Assembly: GCA_038087875.1 (NCBI GenBank)
Contig: JAXLNO010000655.1
Coordinates: 372,001-436,000, forward strand
Direction of reading: 5' to 3'
Length of the DNA stretch: 64,000 bases
Origin: Malacoraja senta
Taxonomy: Eukaryota
The notes under the pieces: model-generated
What the model was told of the DNA's origin: nothing
Seen by the model: only the letters and a program-made list of their open reading frames with translations
Databases searched by the model: none
Translations under genes and position numbers: made by a program
Shown here: in pieces, positions 34,761 to 48,500 of the stretch
Layout of the letters: every line of letters starts with the position of its first letter
How positions within the stretch are numbered: the stretch's first letter is position 1

Positions 34761-37700
34761 ACTCCAGCCAGCCAGCACGCAGCGAGAAGGGAAAATCAGG
34801 AAAATCAGACTTTAGCCAAAAGGGACAGAAAGTGCCTGATGGATGAGCAGGAGTTAAAACTGTGAACTGTGAGTTAAGACAATGTCGTCGTGAGTTATGT
34901 TACTGTTGTGTTATACAAGCTCTGAGACTGGGCCCAGGACTGGGACATCTGTGAGTCACTACCGGCCAACACTTAACCCACACCAGCACTCAGTAAATAT
35001 TCAAGAGGTTCATTCATGTTGATCATTTAATTTAGGTTAAAAAAAACACAAAGGTCCTTGTTTCCCTTCAGCCACTTTGAGGATTACAAAGCACCGATTG
35101 TTTTCATGTTTTTTTCCCCCTGAAATCACCTCAGTAAATCTTCAACAAATGCTCTCGAGCGATGGGTTTAATGCCACGGTGAACATTGGCCTTGTCCCAG
35201 TGTAACAATGAGGTCCAGTGATCATGTAGCATCTCCCCCTGCACCTCCTTTCATTGTGGTCATCCACCAGAGCTTGGGGTTCACTCCTCACAGGGTAGCA
35301 GCTGGTGGAGCTGCTGCCGCACAGCGCCAGGTCCTGAGCTTGTGGAGTTTGCATGCTCTATTTGTGACCTGCAACGGTTTCCTCTGGCCATCTCGGTATC
35401 CTCTCATGTCTCAAAGCCGCGCAGATCTGTAGGTTAATTGGCCTCTGTAAGTTGCCCCCCTAGCCCCGGGCAGGGAATGGAAGCGAAATTGGGATACATG
35501 GATCTACTACCAATGGGTGATTAATGGTCGGCGTGGACTCGGTGAGCCGCAGGGCCTGTTTCCATGCTGTATCTTGCAACCGCTTAATCACCATAAGAAG
35601 ACCTTTGAGGCAGTCTCATTGCCTCTCCATGCTGGAAGTGCAGGCAACCATATCCCTGAACAGAGGGAAGTTCCCCGAGGTTATGTTGTTATATCACCTG
35701 TGGATTTGGAGCTTACTTTAGTTTGGAGTTTAGTTTAGTTTATTGTCACGTGTATCAAAGTACAGTGAAAAGCTTTGGTTACATGCTCTCCAGTCAGCAG
35801 AAAGACTATCGGGGTGTCAGCGGTTAAGGGGAGTAGGCAGGAGAATGGGGTTAGGAGGAGATATAGATCAGCCATGATGGAATGGTGGAGTAGACTTGAT
35901 GGGCCAAATGGCCTAATTCTGCACAAATCACTTAAGACCTTATGACTATCTATCTCTACATGATTACAATCGAGCCATCCGCAGTGCACACGCTCATGAT
36001 ACAGAGAATACGGTTTAGTGCAAGATAAAGTCCGAGTAAACGTGGTCCAAAGATCTCCAATGAGGTAGATGGTAGCTCAGGACCACTCTCTAGTTGGTGA
36101 TAGGATGGTTCAGTTGCTTGGTAACAGCTGGGAAGAAACTGTCCCTGAATCTGGAGGTGTGCGTTTTCACACTTCTGTACCTCTTACCTGATGGGAGATG
36201 GGGAGAAGAGGGAGTGGCTCATCCTTCATCTACAATGGCCTCGGCCCTCTTTATCCCTGTAACTTCCTAGAGGTCGATGAACCTGTGTTATTAGAGAGCA
36301 ATGCAGCGCAAGAATACACCATTTAGCCATCGAGTCTACGTCGACCATCAAGCAATCACTGCCCTTGAAAACAATAGTGGTCAGCACTCGAGCACCATTC
36401 GTTGTCTTCATTGAGATTTGAGACAAAGAAACATAGAAACAAAGAAAATAGGTGCAGGAGTAGGCCATTCGGCCCTTCGAGCCAGCACCACCATTCAATA
36501 TGATCATGGCTGATCATCCACAATCAGTAGCCCCATTCCTGCTTTCCCTTGATTCCGTTAGCCCTCAGAGCTCAATCTAACTTTCTCATCCATCCATCCA
36601 TCTGCAGACTTTCCATGATCTCTAACATAACCTTAGATGTTACCAGATTCTGCTCCGACTCCATGTACAAATGTGCAGATGGCACTACCATAGCCGGCTG
36701 GATCGCAAACAATGACGAGACGGACTCCAGGAAGGAGATACAGAGCTTAGCAACGTGGCGTCATGGCAACAACCTCTCCCTCAATGTCAGCGAGACAATG
36801 GAACTTACGCTAGACTTCAGGAAAGAGGGTGATGTACATGCCCCTGTCAGCATCAATGGTGGTGAAGTTGGGGTGTCGAGAGCTACAGGTTCTTGGCCTT
36901 AAATCAGTTCTTCAGTTTCAGTTTAGTTTATTGTCCGTATAAAACAAAGTACAGTGAAAAGTTTTTGTTGCCTGCTACCCAATCAGCGGAAAGACAATAC
37001 ATGATTACATGTGTGTAGATACATGATAAGGGAATAACGTTTAAATCTCACCAGCAATAGGATTTATATAGAGACGCAAGGAACTGCAGATGCTGGAATC
37101 TTGAGTCTGAAGAAGGTTCCCTTTAAAACATTGCCGATCTATTCCCTCCGCAGATGTTGCCTGACCTGCTGAGTTCCTCCAGGACTTTGTGTTTTGCCTC
37201 CAGATTCCAGCATCTGCAGTTCCTTGCATCTCAATTCTGGACCAAAGTGTGTGAAAGCATTAGTCATGCCAAGCTGGCTTCGTTTTTCCCGCCAACTCTG
37301 CCACTAATCTTAACTGGAATTCATTGGAATTTAGAAGGATGAGAGATCTTATAGAAACGTATCAAATTCTTAAAGGATTGGACAGGCTAAATGCAGGAAA
37401 AATGTTCCAGATGTTGGGGGAGTCCAGAACCCAGGGGTCACAGTTTAAGAATAAGGGGTAGGCCATTTAGGACTGAGTTGAGGAAAAACCTTTTCACCCA
37501 GAGAGCTGTGAATCTGTGGAATTCTCTGCCACAAATGGCAGTGGAGTCCAATTCACTGGATGTTTTCAAGAGTTAGATTTAGCTCTTCGGGCTAAAGGAA
37601 TCAAGGGATATGGAGAAAAAACAGGAACGGGTACCGATTTTGGATGATCAGCCATGATCATATTGAATGGTGGTGCTGGCTCGAAGGGCCGAATGGCCTA

Positions 37701-38146
37701 CTCCTGCACCTATTTTTTTTTCCCAACTCCGGTAACCGGATTTAAACCCACAACACTCAAAATAAACTATCTGCATTTAAACAGCACTTTTAATCTTGTG
37801 AACATCCCAAGGTACTTGACAGAGTGATTATCAAACAGAAATTCAATGCCAAAGCAGATTTTCAGCTGGAGGATCAAGAATGTGCTTAAATGGGATAGGT
37901 TATAAAGAGTGTATAAAGAGATGGGGCGAAAATATTTTTTTTTGAATGAACGAGGCAAAGAAAAACAGGATGAGAAGACAGATGGGTAAACAGTAAAAAT
38001 GGAAAAGTAATCAAAGAATGAAAGGAGAGAAAGAGAAACAGAGAAGTAAAGAGGGCAAAAGTAAAAGCCAAAAACCCAACACACTGTGGTGCAGTGGCTC
38101 CAGCAATCTGGGTTTGATCCTGAACCCAGCTGCTGTCTATGTGGAG

Positions 38147-38354
38147 CAGGGGTCGGCAATCTTGTTCTGCATAGGGGCCAGGACACATGTCTGTGAGCGG
38201 ATGGCGGGCAACAAATCATGTGTTCACATGGATCCCGCCGCTTCGAGGATGCCACTGGTCCCTAGTTACGGGCACTCACCAACATGGCGCACCTTCGGAC
38301 CATTGCCTCGGCTCTGTCCTGAAGGCGGTGGCTCAAATACTCATACTCACTGCC
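38147..38354 (+). mobile_element. Possible hAT transposon end inserted in a V-SINE
   Basis: Starts CAGGGGTCGGCAA (hAT-like terminus) exactly where the V-domain is interrupted; no right TIR seen. Confidence 0.4.
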
Positions 38355-39111
38355 GAGTTTGCATGTTCTCACTATGACCACAAAGGTTTCCTTCGGATGC
38401 TCCAGTTTCCTCCCTACAGATCTATGGATTGGTTGGTTAATTGGAAACTACAAATGATATCACTGTGGTTCAATCTGGAATGTTAATAGGAATGTGGAGA
38501 GAAACAAAAAAGGGCTATGGGAGGTTGGCCGACATGGATTCAGTGGGCGAGAGCAAGCTACAGGGTGACGTTATGTTTAAATTTAAGTTGAAATTCAGCC
38601 CACCCATTCATTGATCACCCGTCCACACTAGTTCTACATTATCCCACTTTCTCATCCAGTTGGGCGGAACGGCAGGGAACACGGTGGCGCAGCAGTAGAG
38701 TTGCTGCCTCACAGCGCTTTCAGCGCCAGAGACACGGGTTCGATCCTGACTACGGGTGCTCGGAGTTTGTACGTTCTCCCCGTCACTGCGTGGGTTTTCT
38801 CCGAGTTCTTCGGTTCCCTCGCACACTTCTAAGGTGTTACAGGTTTGTAGGTTAATTGGCTTGGTATAAATGTAAATTGTCCCGAGTGTGTGCTGGACAG
38901 TGTTAATGTGCGGGGTCGGTGCGATCCCGGTGGACCAAAGGGCCTGTTTCCGCGCTGTATCTCTGAATCAAATACACAGGACAAGATGTTAAGAGGTCCC
39001 TTGTGCCAATAGGTGGGGAGCATTTCACGACATTCGTTGATTGTTGAGAGTGGTAGACGCTCAACATCGGGGGGGGGTGGGGGGGGGTAACCTTCAGGAC
39101 AGTTGGGCACA

Positions 39112-39470
39112 GGACACATCATCAGTAGTGTACCCTTGCATCACTGGGTGTTTTGGCCTTTTAACACTATACACCTCCACAAGGGCGGCCCGCTGCAGGA
39201 TGATCAACCCTCAGCGCATGTCCCGTGTCAAACCGTCCCAAAGATTCACCCCGACATACTTGGGGCCCAGCATGGGTCTTTCCGCTTGAGCCAAATCCAC
39301 CGGCTGCTTCTTTCAGCCGCCTCTGAGAGTGATCTTATGGTCTTCCGCAGAGCCTGACCGTGGATTCCAAGCTCCTTCAGCAGTCTGATGGTAGATGACG
39401 CTACAAATCCTCTGCAACTTCAACTGGATAGACTTTGGTGTTCCAGCCACGCTGCGTTGCCTCTGCTGCG
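39112..39470 (-). mobile_element. HERO/NeSL-like (restriction-like endonuclease) non-LTR retrotransposon 3' end
   Basis: Across a frameshift: AAEATQRGWNTKVYPVEV-RGFVASSTIRLLKELGI...AAERSSRWIWLKRKD (stop ~39246). 3' UTR AAACACCCAGTGATG...ACTGATGATGTGTCC. Confidence 0.75.
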
Positions 39471-39746
39471 TTGCCTTGCCTTTCCGCGCTGTATCTCTAA
39501 ACTAAACTAACCATCAGGAGCAATCTAAAGAGCCCACGTTATCGACAAACCCGCACACCTTTGGGATGTGTGAGGAAACCGGTGCACCCGAAAGGAACCC
39601 GCGCGGTCACAGATGGAACATGCAAGCTCCACACAGACAGCACCCGGGGTCAGGATCGAAACCGGGGGGTCTCTGGCGCTGGGAGGCAGCAGCTCTACCA
39701 GCGGCATCATCACTATGCTGCTCCCAACTGAGTTACGGAAATTCAA

Positions 39747-39946
39747 NNNNNNNNNNNNNNNNNNNNNNNNNNNNNNNNNNNNNNNNNNNNNNNNNNNNNN
39801 NNNNNNNNNNNNNNNNNNNNNNNNNNNNNNNNNNNNNNNNNNNNNNNNNNNNNNNNNNNNNNNNNNNNNNNNNNNNNNNNNNNNNNNNNNNNNNNNNNNN
39901 NNNNNNNNNNNNNNNNNNNNNNNNNNNNNNNNNNNNNNNNNNNNNN
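39747..39946. other. Assembly gap (200 N)
   Basis: N run. Confidence 1.
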
Positions 39947-41129
39947 AACCAGGCACTCTATTGCAAGCAGTAAGATGGAGACACAAGGAACCTCCAAGGC
40001 TGGAATCTTGAGCAAGAACCCAGCGGGTGCGGCAACATCTTTGAAGGGAATGGACAGGCTACATTTTGGGTCAGAACCCTTCTTCAGACTGATGTAAGAG
40101 GGAGGGGAGGGGCGGGGGGGGGGGGGGCGGGGAGAAAACTGGAAATGAACGGTTGGGGCAGAACATAGCTTCGCATGCGACAGACAGATGCAGATGAGGG
40201 GAGGAGTGGTTGGCAAATGGGTGGAGATTGTGGCAAAAGCTAAAGGTGAAAAGTAGACAACGAGATGGGGAGAGGAGGAGTGAAATGCAAAGCCAGAGGG
40301 AGGGAGATGGGTGGAAGAGGACAGGGAGAAGAGGACATAGTTTAGAGATACAGCACTGAAACAGGCCCCCATGGCCCACTGAGTCTGCACCAGGCAACAA
40401 TCACCCCGTACATTAACACTATCCTCTACACTCGGGACAATTTACTATCTTCACTGAAGCCAATTACCTACAAACAAGTACTTGGATAGGAGAGATTTTG
40501 AGAGACATGAGTCAAAAACGGGCAAATGATATAAGATGAGATGGCATCATGGACAGCATGGATGAGTTGGGCCGAAGGATCTGTTTCTGTGCTGTTTGAA
40601 TAAATGATATCTCCACTATCATGGATTGACCTGCTGGGCAGTCCCCACAACCCCGCATTTTGCAGCTTTAATATTTCTTTCCTCACTCAAATCGATCTCA
40701 CTGATGTTGTTTCTCGTGTTATTCTCTCACTATCTTCCCCTCATTATCCATCAACCAAGTGACTTCATCAGCGCCTCCTCCCCCCGGTCACCCTGACCTC
40801 ACGGTACCAGAGATATTCCCTGTATTCCGTTCATCCTTGGCTATCCGCATCCCAAGTACAATGTCATTTATCTCCTTCCCAGTGTTTGACGACAGATCTA
40901 CAAACCCCGACGGGCTGACTCCCTTTCTCCCACCACAGTTGCTGACTGTCCTGCTGAGTGTTTCGGGAAAATTTCCTGCTCTGAATTCCTGTTCCCTCAG
41001 TGGTGCAGCTGATGGGACCGCGTCCTCAGCGCCAGAAATCCGGGTTCACTCCCGGCCTCGGGTGCTGGCTGTGTGGAGTTTGCACCTTCTCCCTGTTACC
41101 ACGCACGTTTCCTCCGGGTGCTCCGGTTT

Positions 41130-44100
41130 CCTCCCACATCCCGAAGATGCGCGGGGTTGCCAAGTTAATTGGCCTCTGTAAATTGCCCCCCCCTCGTTAA
41201 TGTAGGGAGTGGACGCAAACACAGAACCAGCGTAAACAGCTGATCAATTGTGGACGCGGTGGGCCAAAGGGACTGTGTTCCAGGCTGCGTCTTTTCAGCT
41301 TCAGTTTTAGTTTATTGTCAGGTAACAGTGACAAACCTTTGTTGCGTGATAACCAGTCAGGGGAAAGACAACACATGATGACAATCGAGCCATTTACAGT
41401 GTATCGAGACATGATAGGGGATTAACATTTAGTGCAAGGTAAAGCCAGTAAAGTTCAATCAAGGATAGTCCGAGGGACACCGCACATCTTGAGGAAATGC
41501 GATTCCTCCTGATAGATAAATTTGACCAATTCATAACGAGTTGGTCTCCATTTGTCGTCTTTTTGGAAACATATGGTGCAACACAAGTGTAAAAGCTAAT
41601 CCGTGACTGGGTGAGGAATGGTCAAGATTATAAATACGATCTCCTTACTTCTCTTTTCTTTTTCTTCTCTTTTCTTCTTTTACTCTTTTTCTTCTATTTT
41701 CTATTTCTTAACTTTCTTCTTTCACTCTCTATTTTTCTTTTTCACACACTATATATCTCACATTTTTCTATTCTTCATTATCTAATTTCTTTTTCTTTTT
41801 CTTCTTTATTACAAAATTAAAAAAATAAGAAGCTGTACATAAAATGTATTATGGAAATATGATTGTATACAATTGTACTTACTTCTAATAAAAATAATTA
41901 AAAAAAAGGATAGTCCGAGGTTCCCTGATGAACTAGATAGATCAAAGAATCATAGATACATAGATACATAGAAAATAGGTGCAGGAGTAGGCCATTCGGC
42001 CCTTCGAGCCTGCACCACCATTCAATATGATCATGGCTGATCATCCAACTCAGTATCCCATACCTCCCTTCTCTCCATACCCCCTGATCCCTTTAGCCAC
42101 AAGGGCCACATCTAACTCCCTCTTAAATATAGCCAATGAACTGGCCTCAACTACCCTCTGTGGCAGAGGGTTCCAGAGATTCACCACTCTCTGTGTGAAA
42201 ACGTTTTTCCTCATCTCGGTCTTAAAGGATTTCCCCCTTAGCCTTAAGCTGTGACCCCTTGTCCTGGACTTCCCCAACATCGGGAACAATCTTCCTGCAT
42301 GTAGCCTGTCCAACCCCATAAGAATTTTGTACCTTTCTATAAGATCCCCTCTCAATCTCCTAAATTCTAGCGAGTATAAGCCAAGTCTATCCAGTCTTTC
42401 TTCACATGAAAGTCCTGACATCCCAGGAATCAAAATCAAATCGATCATTAGTAATTATCAGTTTAAGCTTAACTTTTCTCCGCAAGGATTTCCTGCAGCG
42501 CTCTCTTTAAAGGTGGCTCCCGTCACCTCAAGCTGGACAAAGTTACAGCAGAAGGCTGCATGGTTTCCTGTGTAGGAAGGAACTGCAGGTGCTGGTTCAC
42601 ACCGAAGACAGACACCAAATGCTGGAGGAACTCAGCGGGACAGGCAGCAACTCTGGATAGAAGGAGTGGGTGACCCAAAGGGTCGAGACCAGAAACATCA
42701 CCCATTCCTTCCACCCAGAGTTGCTGCCTGTCCCGCTGAGTTCCTCCAGCATTTGGTGACTGTACGATCTCCCCCTCTGTGGACGAAGGTTATGGTCACC
42801 TGTCATGTGGATTATCCCTGCTCCACCAGGTGTCTGGTCACTGTCCACCATTGGCAACCCTCCCACATCCCGAAGATGCGCGGGGTTGCCAAGTTAATTG
42901 GCCTCTGTAAATTGCCCCCCCCTCGTTAATGTAGGGAGTGGACGCAAACACAGAACCAGCGTAAACAGCTGATCAATTGTGGACGCGGTGGGCCAAAGGG
43001 ACTGTGTTCCAGGCTGCGTCTTTTCAGCTTCAGTTTTAGTTTATTGTCAGGTAACAGTGACAAACCTTTGTTGCGTGATAACCAGTCAGGGGAAAGACAA
43101 CACATGATGACAATCGAGCCATTTACAGTGTATCGAGACATGATAGGGGATTAACATTTAGTGCAAGGTAAAGCCAGTAAAGTTCAATCAAGGATAGTCC
43201 GAGGGACACCGCACATCTTGAGGAAATGCGATTCCTCCTGATAGATAAATTTGACCAATTCATAACGAGTTGGTCTCCATTTGTCGTCTTTTTGGAAACA
43301 TATGGTGCAACACAAGTGTAAAAGCTAATCCGTGACTGGGTGAGGAATGGTCAAGATTATAAATACGATCTCCTTACTTCTCTTTTCTTTTTCTTCTCTT
43401 TTCTTCTTTTACTCTTTTTCTTCTATTTTCTATTTCTTAACTTTCTTCTTTCACTCTCTATTTTTCTTTTTCACACACTATATATCTCACATTTTTCTAT
43501 TCTTCATTATCTAATTTCTTTTTCTTTTTCTTCTTTATTACAAAATTAAAAAAATAAGAAGCTGTACATAAAATGTATTATGGAAATATGATTGTATACA
43601 ATTGTACTTACTTCTAATAAAAATAATTAAAAAAAAGGATAGTCCGAGGTTCCCTGATGAACTAGATAGATCAAAGAATCATAGATACATAGATACATAG
43701 AAAATAGGTGCAGGAGTAGGCCATTCGGCCCTTCGAGCCTGCACCACCATTCAATATGATCATGGCTGATCATCCAACTCAGTATCCCATACCTCCCTTC
43801 TCTCCATACCCCCTGATCCCTTTAGCCACAAGGGCCACATCTAACTCCCTCTTAAATATAGCCAATGAACTGGCCTCAACTACCCTCTGTGGCAGAGGGT
43901 TCCAGAGATTCACCACTCTCTGTGTGAAAACGTTTTTCCTCATCTCGGTCTTAAAGGATTTCCCCCTTAGCCTTAAGCTGTGACCCCTTGTCCTGGACTT
44001 CCCCAACATCGGGAACAATCTTCCTGCATGTAGCCTGTCCAACCCCATAAGAATTTTGTACCTTTCTATAAGATCCCCTCTCAATCTCCTAAATTCTAGC

Positions 44101-44582
44101 GAGTATAAGCCAAGTCTATCCAGTCTTTCTTCACATGAAAGTCCTGACATCCCAGGAATCAAAATCAAATCGATCATTAGTAATTATCAGTTTAAGCTTA
44201 ACTTTTCTCCGCAAGGATTTCCTGCAGCGCTCTCTTTAAAGGTGGCTCCCGTCACCTCAAGCTGGACAAAGTTACAGCAGAAGGCTGCATGGTTTCCTGT
44301 GTAGGAAGGAACTGCAGGTGCTGGTTCACACCGAAGACAGACACCAAATGCTGGAGGAACTCAGCGGGACAGGCAGCAACTCTGGATAGAAGGAGTGGGT
44401 GACCCAAAGGGTCGAGACCAGAAACATCACCCATTCCTTCCACCCAGAGTTGCTGCCTGTCCCGCTGAGTTCCTCCAGCATTTGGTGACTGTACGATCTC
44501 CCCCTCTGTGGACGAAGGTTATGGTCACCTGTCATGTGGATTATCCCTGCTCCACCAGGTGTCTGGTCACTGTCCACCATTG
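41130..44582 (+). repeat. Direct tandem duplication, period 1729 bp (41130-42853 and 42859-44582)
   Basis: ORF translations recur identically at +1729; 5-bp spacer GCAAC. Confidence 0.97.
41476..41905 (+). mobile_element. 5'-truncated L1 LINE with 15-bp TSD (duplicate at 43205-43634)
   Basis: ORF2 end HLEEMRFLLIDKFDQFITSWSPFVVFL; T-rich UTR; AATAAA + poly(A); TSD AAGGATAGTCCGAGG at 41461-41475 and 41906-41920. Confidence 0.85.
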
Positions 44583-45104
44583 CAAGCACTTGGCAGATTT
44601 CTTTCACGCCCCTGACTAATTGTCATTATACACAAAGAATTGAATACACTTTGAATAAGGGAAAAGGTTCCTTAAATTAATTCAGATCCGTCACGAGGGT
44701 AAACCATGATTACATTTTCCCTCTAGTTTTAATGACTACAAATCCGAAATAATCACCTTCCTTGCAAAAGATTGTCCATTTACCAATCCAAATTAATGAT
44801 ACTTGGCACATTCACATAATAAAGACTGTGGTTAATTGTGGAATTAGTCATTATCAAAAAATAACTCAAATACTGGAAGTCTAATCATCTGAATGTGCCT
44901 CAGTGTTCATTAAATCAACATTGTTCCCACATTTCGCTGGTCTGTACCATTTTCAATTCTGGCCTCCAATGCTGTTGTTCAGAGTGTAGCCCTGTATCTT
45001 TCATTACTATAATTTCTTTAATGCTTTCTAAATGAAGTCCTTGTTATAGTTTAGGTTGGAGAAACAGGCCCTTCGGCCCACTGATCAGCAATCTCCACGC
45101 ATTA

Positions 45105-45535
45105 GAAACATAGAAACATAGAAAATAGATGCAGGAGGAGGCCATTTGGCCCTCCGAGCCAGCACCGCCATTCATTGTGATCATGCCTGATCGTCCCCTA
45201 TCAATAACCCGTGCGTGCCTTCTCCCCATATCCGTTGACTCCACTAGCCCCTAGAGCTCTATCTAACTCTCTCTTAAATCCATCCAGTGATTTGGCCTCC
45301 ACTGCCCTCTGTGGCAGGGAATTCCACAAATTCACAACTCTCTGGATGAAAAAGTTTTTTCTCACCTCAGTCTTAAATGGCCTCCCCTTTATTCTAAGAC
45401 TGTGGCCCCTGGTTCTGGACTCGCCCAACATTGGGAACATTTTTCCTGCATCTAGCTTGTCCAGTCCTTTTATAATTTTATATGTTTCTATAAGATTCCC
45501 CCTCATCCTTCTAAACTCCAGTGAATACAAGCCTA
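45105..45535 (-). mobile_element. CR1 3' fragment inserted in a V-SINE, TSD GCATTA
   Basis: ORF 45201-45566; GCATTA at 45099-45104 and 45536-45541. Confidence 0.9.
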
Positions 45536-48500
45536 GCATTAACACTATCCTACACACTAGGCACAATGTTTACTCTCATATCGAGCCGATTAACTGACAA
45601 ACCGTTACGCCCGTGGAGTGTGGGAGGAAACCGAAGATCTCGGAGAAAACCCACGCGATCACGGGGAGACCGTACAAACCCTGTACAAACAGCACCCGTA
45701 TTCGGGATCAAACCCGTGTCTCTGGTGCTGTAAGCAAGTCCTTGTTATATAATGTATTTTTTGATTGCAAGAGAGAGATGGAAACAGCTCCTTCGGCCCA
45801 CTGAGTCCATGCTATCCCTTGCTCACCCTTCACGCTAGTCCGAAGTTATTCCACTTTTGCATCTGCTCCCAACACAGTAGCGTCGATTTCTAGAGGCCAA
45901 TCAACCTAAAAAAAACTGCACATCTTTGGGATGTTGAAGGAAACTAGAGCACCTGGTGGAAACCCACGTGGTCACAGGGAGAACAAGTGAATTCCTCAAA
46001 GACTGAGGTCAGGATCGAACCCAGGAATTCGGTGCTGTCAGGCAGCAGCTGATGGCAGGGCCAGCCATTCCTAATTCCTAATTCCCTGACTCTCAGTCTG
46101 AAGATGGGTCTCACCTATTCCTTTTCTCCAAAGGCGCTGAGTTACTCCAGCTTTTTGTGACTATCTTCAGTTTAAAGCAGCATCTGCAGTTCGTTCCTAC
46201 ACATTCCTAATTGCCCCTTGCTCACCTCAGTGTGCAGTTACCTGTGCGCCTGAGTGGAGTAATTTATGGGCCTGACAACGTAAGAACAGCAGATCTCTCT
46301 CCTGGGAGATATCAGTGAATCAGACAGGTTTTACAACACCTCACAGCGGGATCTTGATCGGCTGAGTAAGTGGGCTAAGGAATGTCAAAAGAAGTATCAG
46401 TAAGATAAGTGCCAGGTGCTGGAAAGTCATACCAGTGTAGGATGTTCACAGTTAACAGTAGGGCCCTGGGGAGGGTTGTTATAAACAGAGTAATTGTACA
46501 TAGTTCCCTAAAAGTGGCATCTCGGGTAGATAGGGTGGTAAAGAAGGTTTTGGCCACGTTGGCCTTCACTAACGCATTTAGTATAAAAGTTGGGACGTAA
46601 TGTTACAGTTGGACAAGAAGTTGGCAAGACCGCAATTTGTTTATGTATCGTGCTCAGTTTTGTTCACCGTGCCACAGGGTCAAATGCAGGCAGATGGGAC
46701 TTGAGCAGGCAGGCATCTTGTTCGGTCGGCATGGACGAAGGGCCTGTTTCTATGCTGTATAACAAGTCCATCACCAAAAGCAAAAATGAAAAATACAAAC
46801 TGTGTCGGAAAGAACTGCAGAGGCTGGTTTAAATCGAAGATAGACACAAAATGCTGGAGTAACTCAGCGGGACAGGCAGCGTCTCTGGAGAGAAGGAATG
46901 GGTGACGTTTTGGGTCGAGACCCTTCTTCGGACTGGTCTTCAGACTAGAATACAAACTGTTGGAAAGACTGACTGGCATGAAGCAGTGGACCACGCTACA
47001 CAACACAGACTATACAACATTAACTATACATTACACGGGCAAGCTAGCCGTTGGAGGTGTTATCTTTTGTTTGAGATGTTAAACCAATTTCCCCTCTGCT
47101 TCATAGATTTCTAGAGTCATAGTGCTGTACAGAACAGAAACAGGCCCTTCGGCCTAACCCGTCCATGCCGTACAAGAATGCCCGCCTGCTCGTTACATAT
47201 GCCTGTCTTTTACCCTATAGCAGGGAGAGCAAAACTGAAAGCAAAACTCCAAGTGCAGCCTCGCCAACGTCTTGTACAACTGCAACGTTACGTCACAACT
47301 TCTATACAATGCCATTATTGATGAAGGCCAATATAAAAACCTTCTTTACCATCCTCTCTACCATTGACGCTACTTTCAGGCAACTTTGTACTTGTGCTCT
47401 TAGGCCTCTCTGTTCTACAACACTCCCCAGATCCCGACTGTTCACTGGTTTATATGCTAGTATGACATTCCAAAGTGCAGCACCTCGCACTTACCTTCAT
47501 TAAACTCCATTTGCCTTTCTTCAGCCCACTTACTCAGCTGGACAAGATCCCTCTGTAACCATTGATGACCACTTTGTTGCCTACTGTAGGTTCACATCTT
47601 CATTAGTAACAGGAGCGGAATTAGGCCATTCGGCCCATTGATTCTACACCGCTGTTCAATCATGGCTGATCTATCTTTCCCTCTCAACTTCATTCTCCTG
47701 CTTTCTTCCCGTAACCTTGGACACCTTTACTAACCAAGAATCAGTCAATCTCCGCTTTAAAAATACCCATTGACTTGGCCTCCACAGCCGTCTGGTATGT
47801 AAAGCTTGCTGAAGACGGACACAAAAAGCTGGAATAATTCAGCGGGACAGGCAGCATCTCTGGAGAGAAGGAATGGGTGAGGTTTCGGGTTGAGACCCTT
47901 CTTCAGAGGGTCCAGCTTTTGGTGTCTATCTTCAGTGTAAACCAGCATCTGCAGTTCCTTCCTACACATCAAATCGTTGCCACCTACTTTAGTGTTAACT
48001 GAAAGCTTACAGACCATGCCTACCACATTCTTGACCAAATCGGTCATATAAACGCTAAACAAGAATGGCGTGATGTCGACTCCCGGGGCAACCACTAGTC
48101 ACAGGCACTGCAGTCCGGCAAACAATCTTACACCATCACCCTCTGCTTCCTACCATCAAGCCAATTAATTACGTGTCCAATTAGATACCTCCCTCTGGAC
48201 CCTTTGCAATCAAGTAAACATAAACGACGCCATTTCAAAGAAAAGTGACTTCACTGGCTAGAGGTTTATAAAATCATGAGAGGAATGGATCGGGTCGACG
48301 CACAGTCTCTTGCCCTGAGTAGGGGAACCGAGAACCAGAGGACATAGGTTTAAGGTGAAGGGGGAAAGATTTTGTAGGAATCTGAGGGGTAACTTTTTTC
48401 ACACAAAGGGTTGCTGGTGTACGGAACGAGCTGCCGGAGGTAGTTGAGGCAGGGACTGTCGCTATGTTTAAGAAGCAATTAGACAGAGACATGGATAGGA

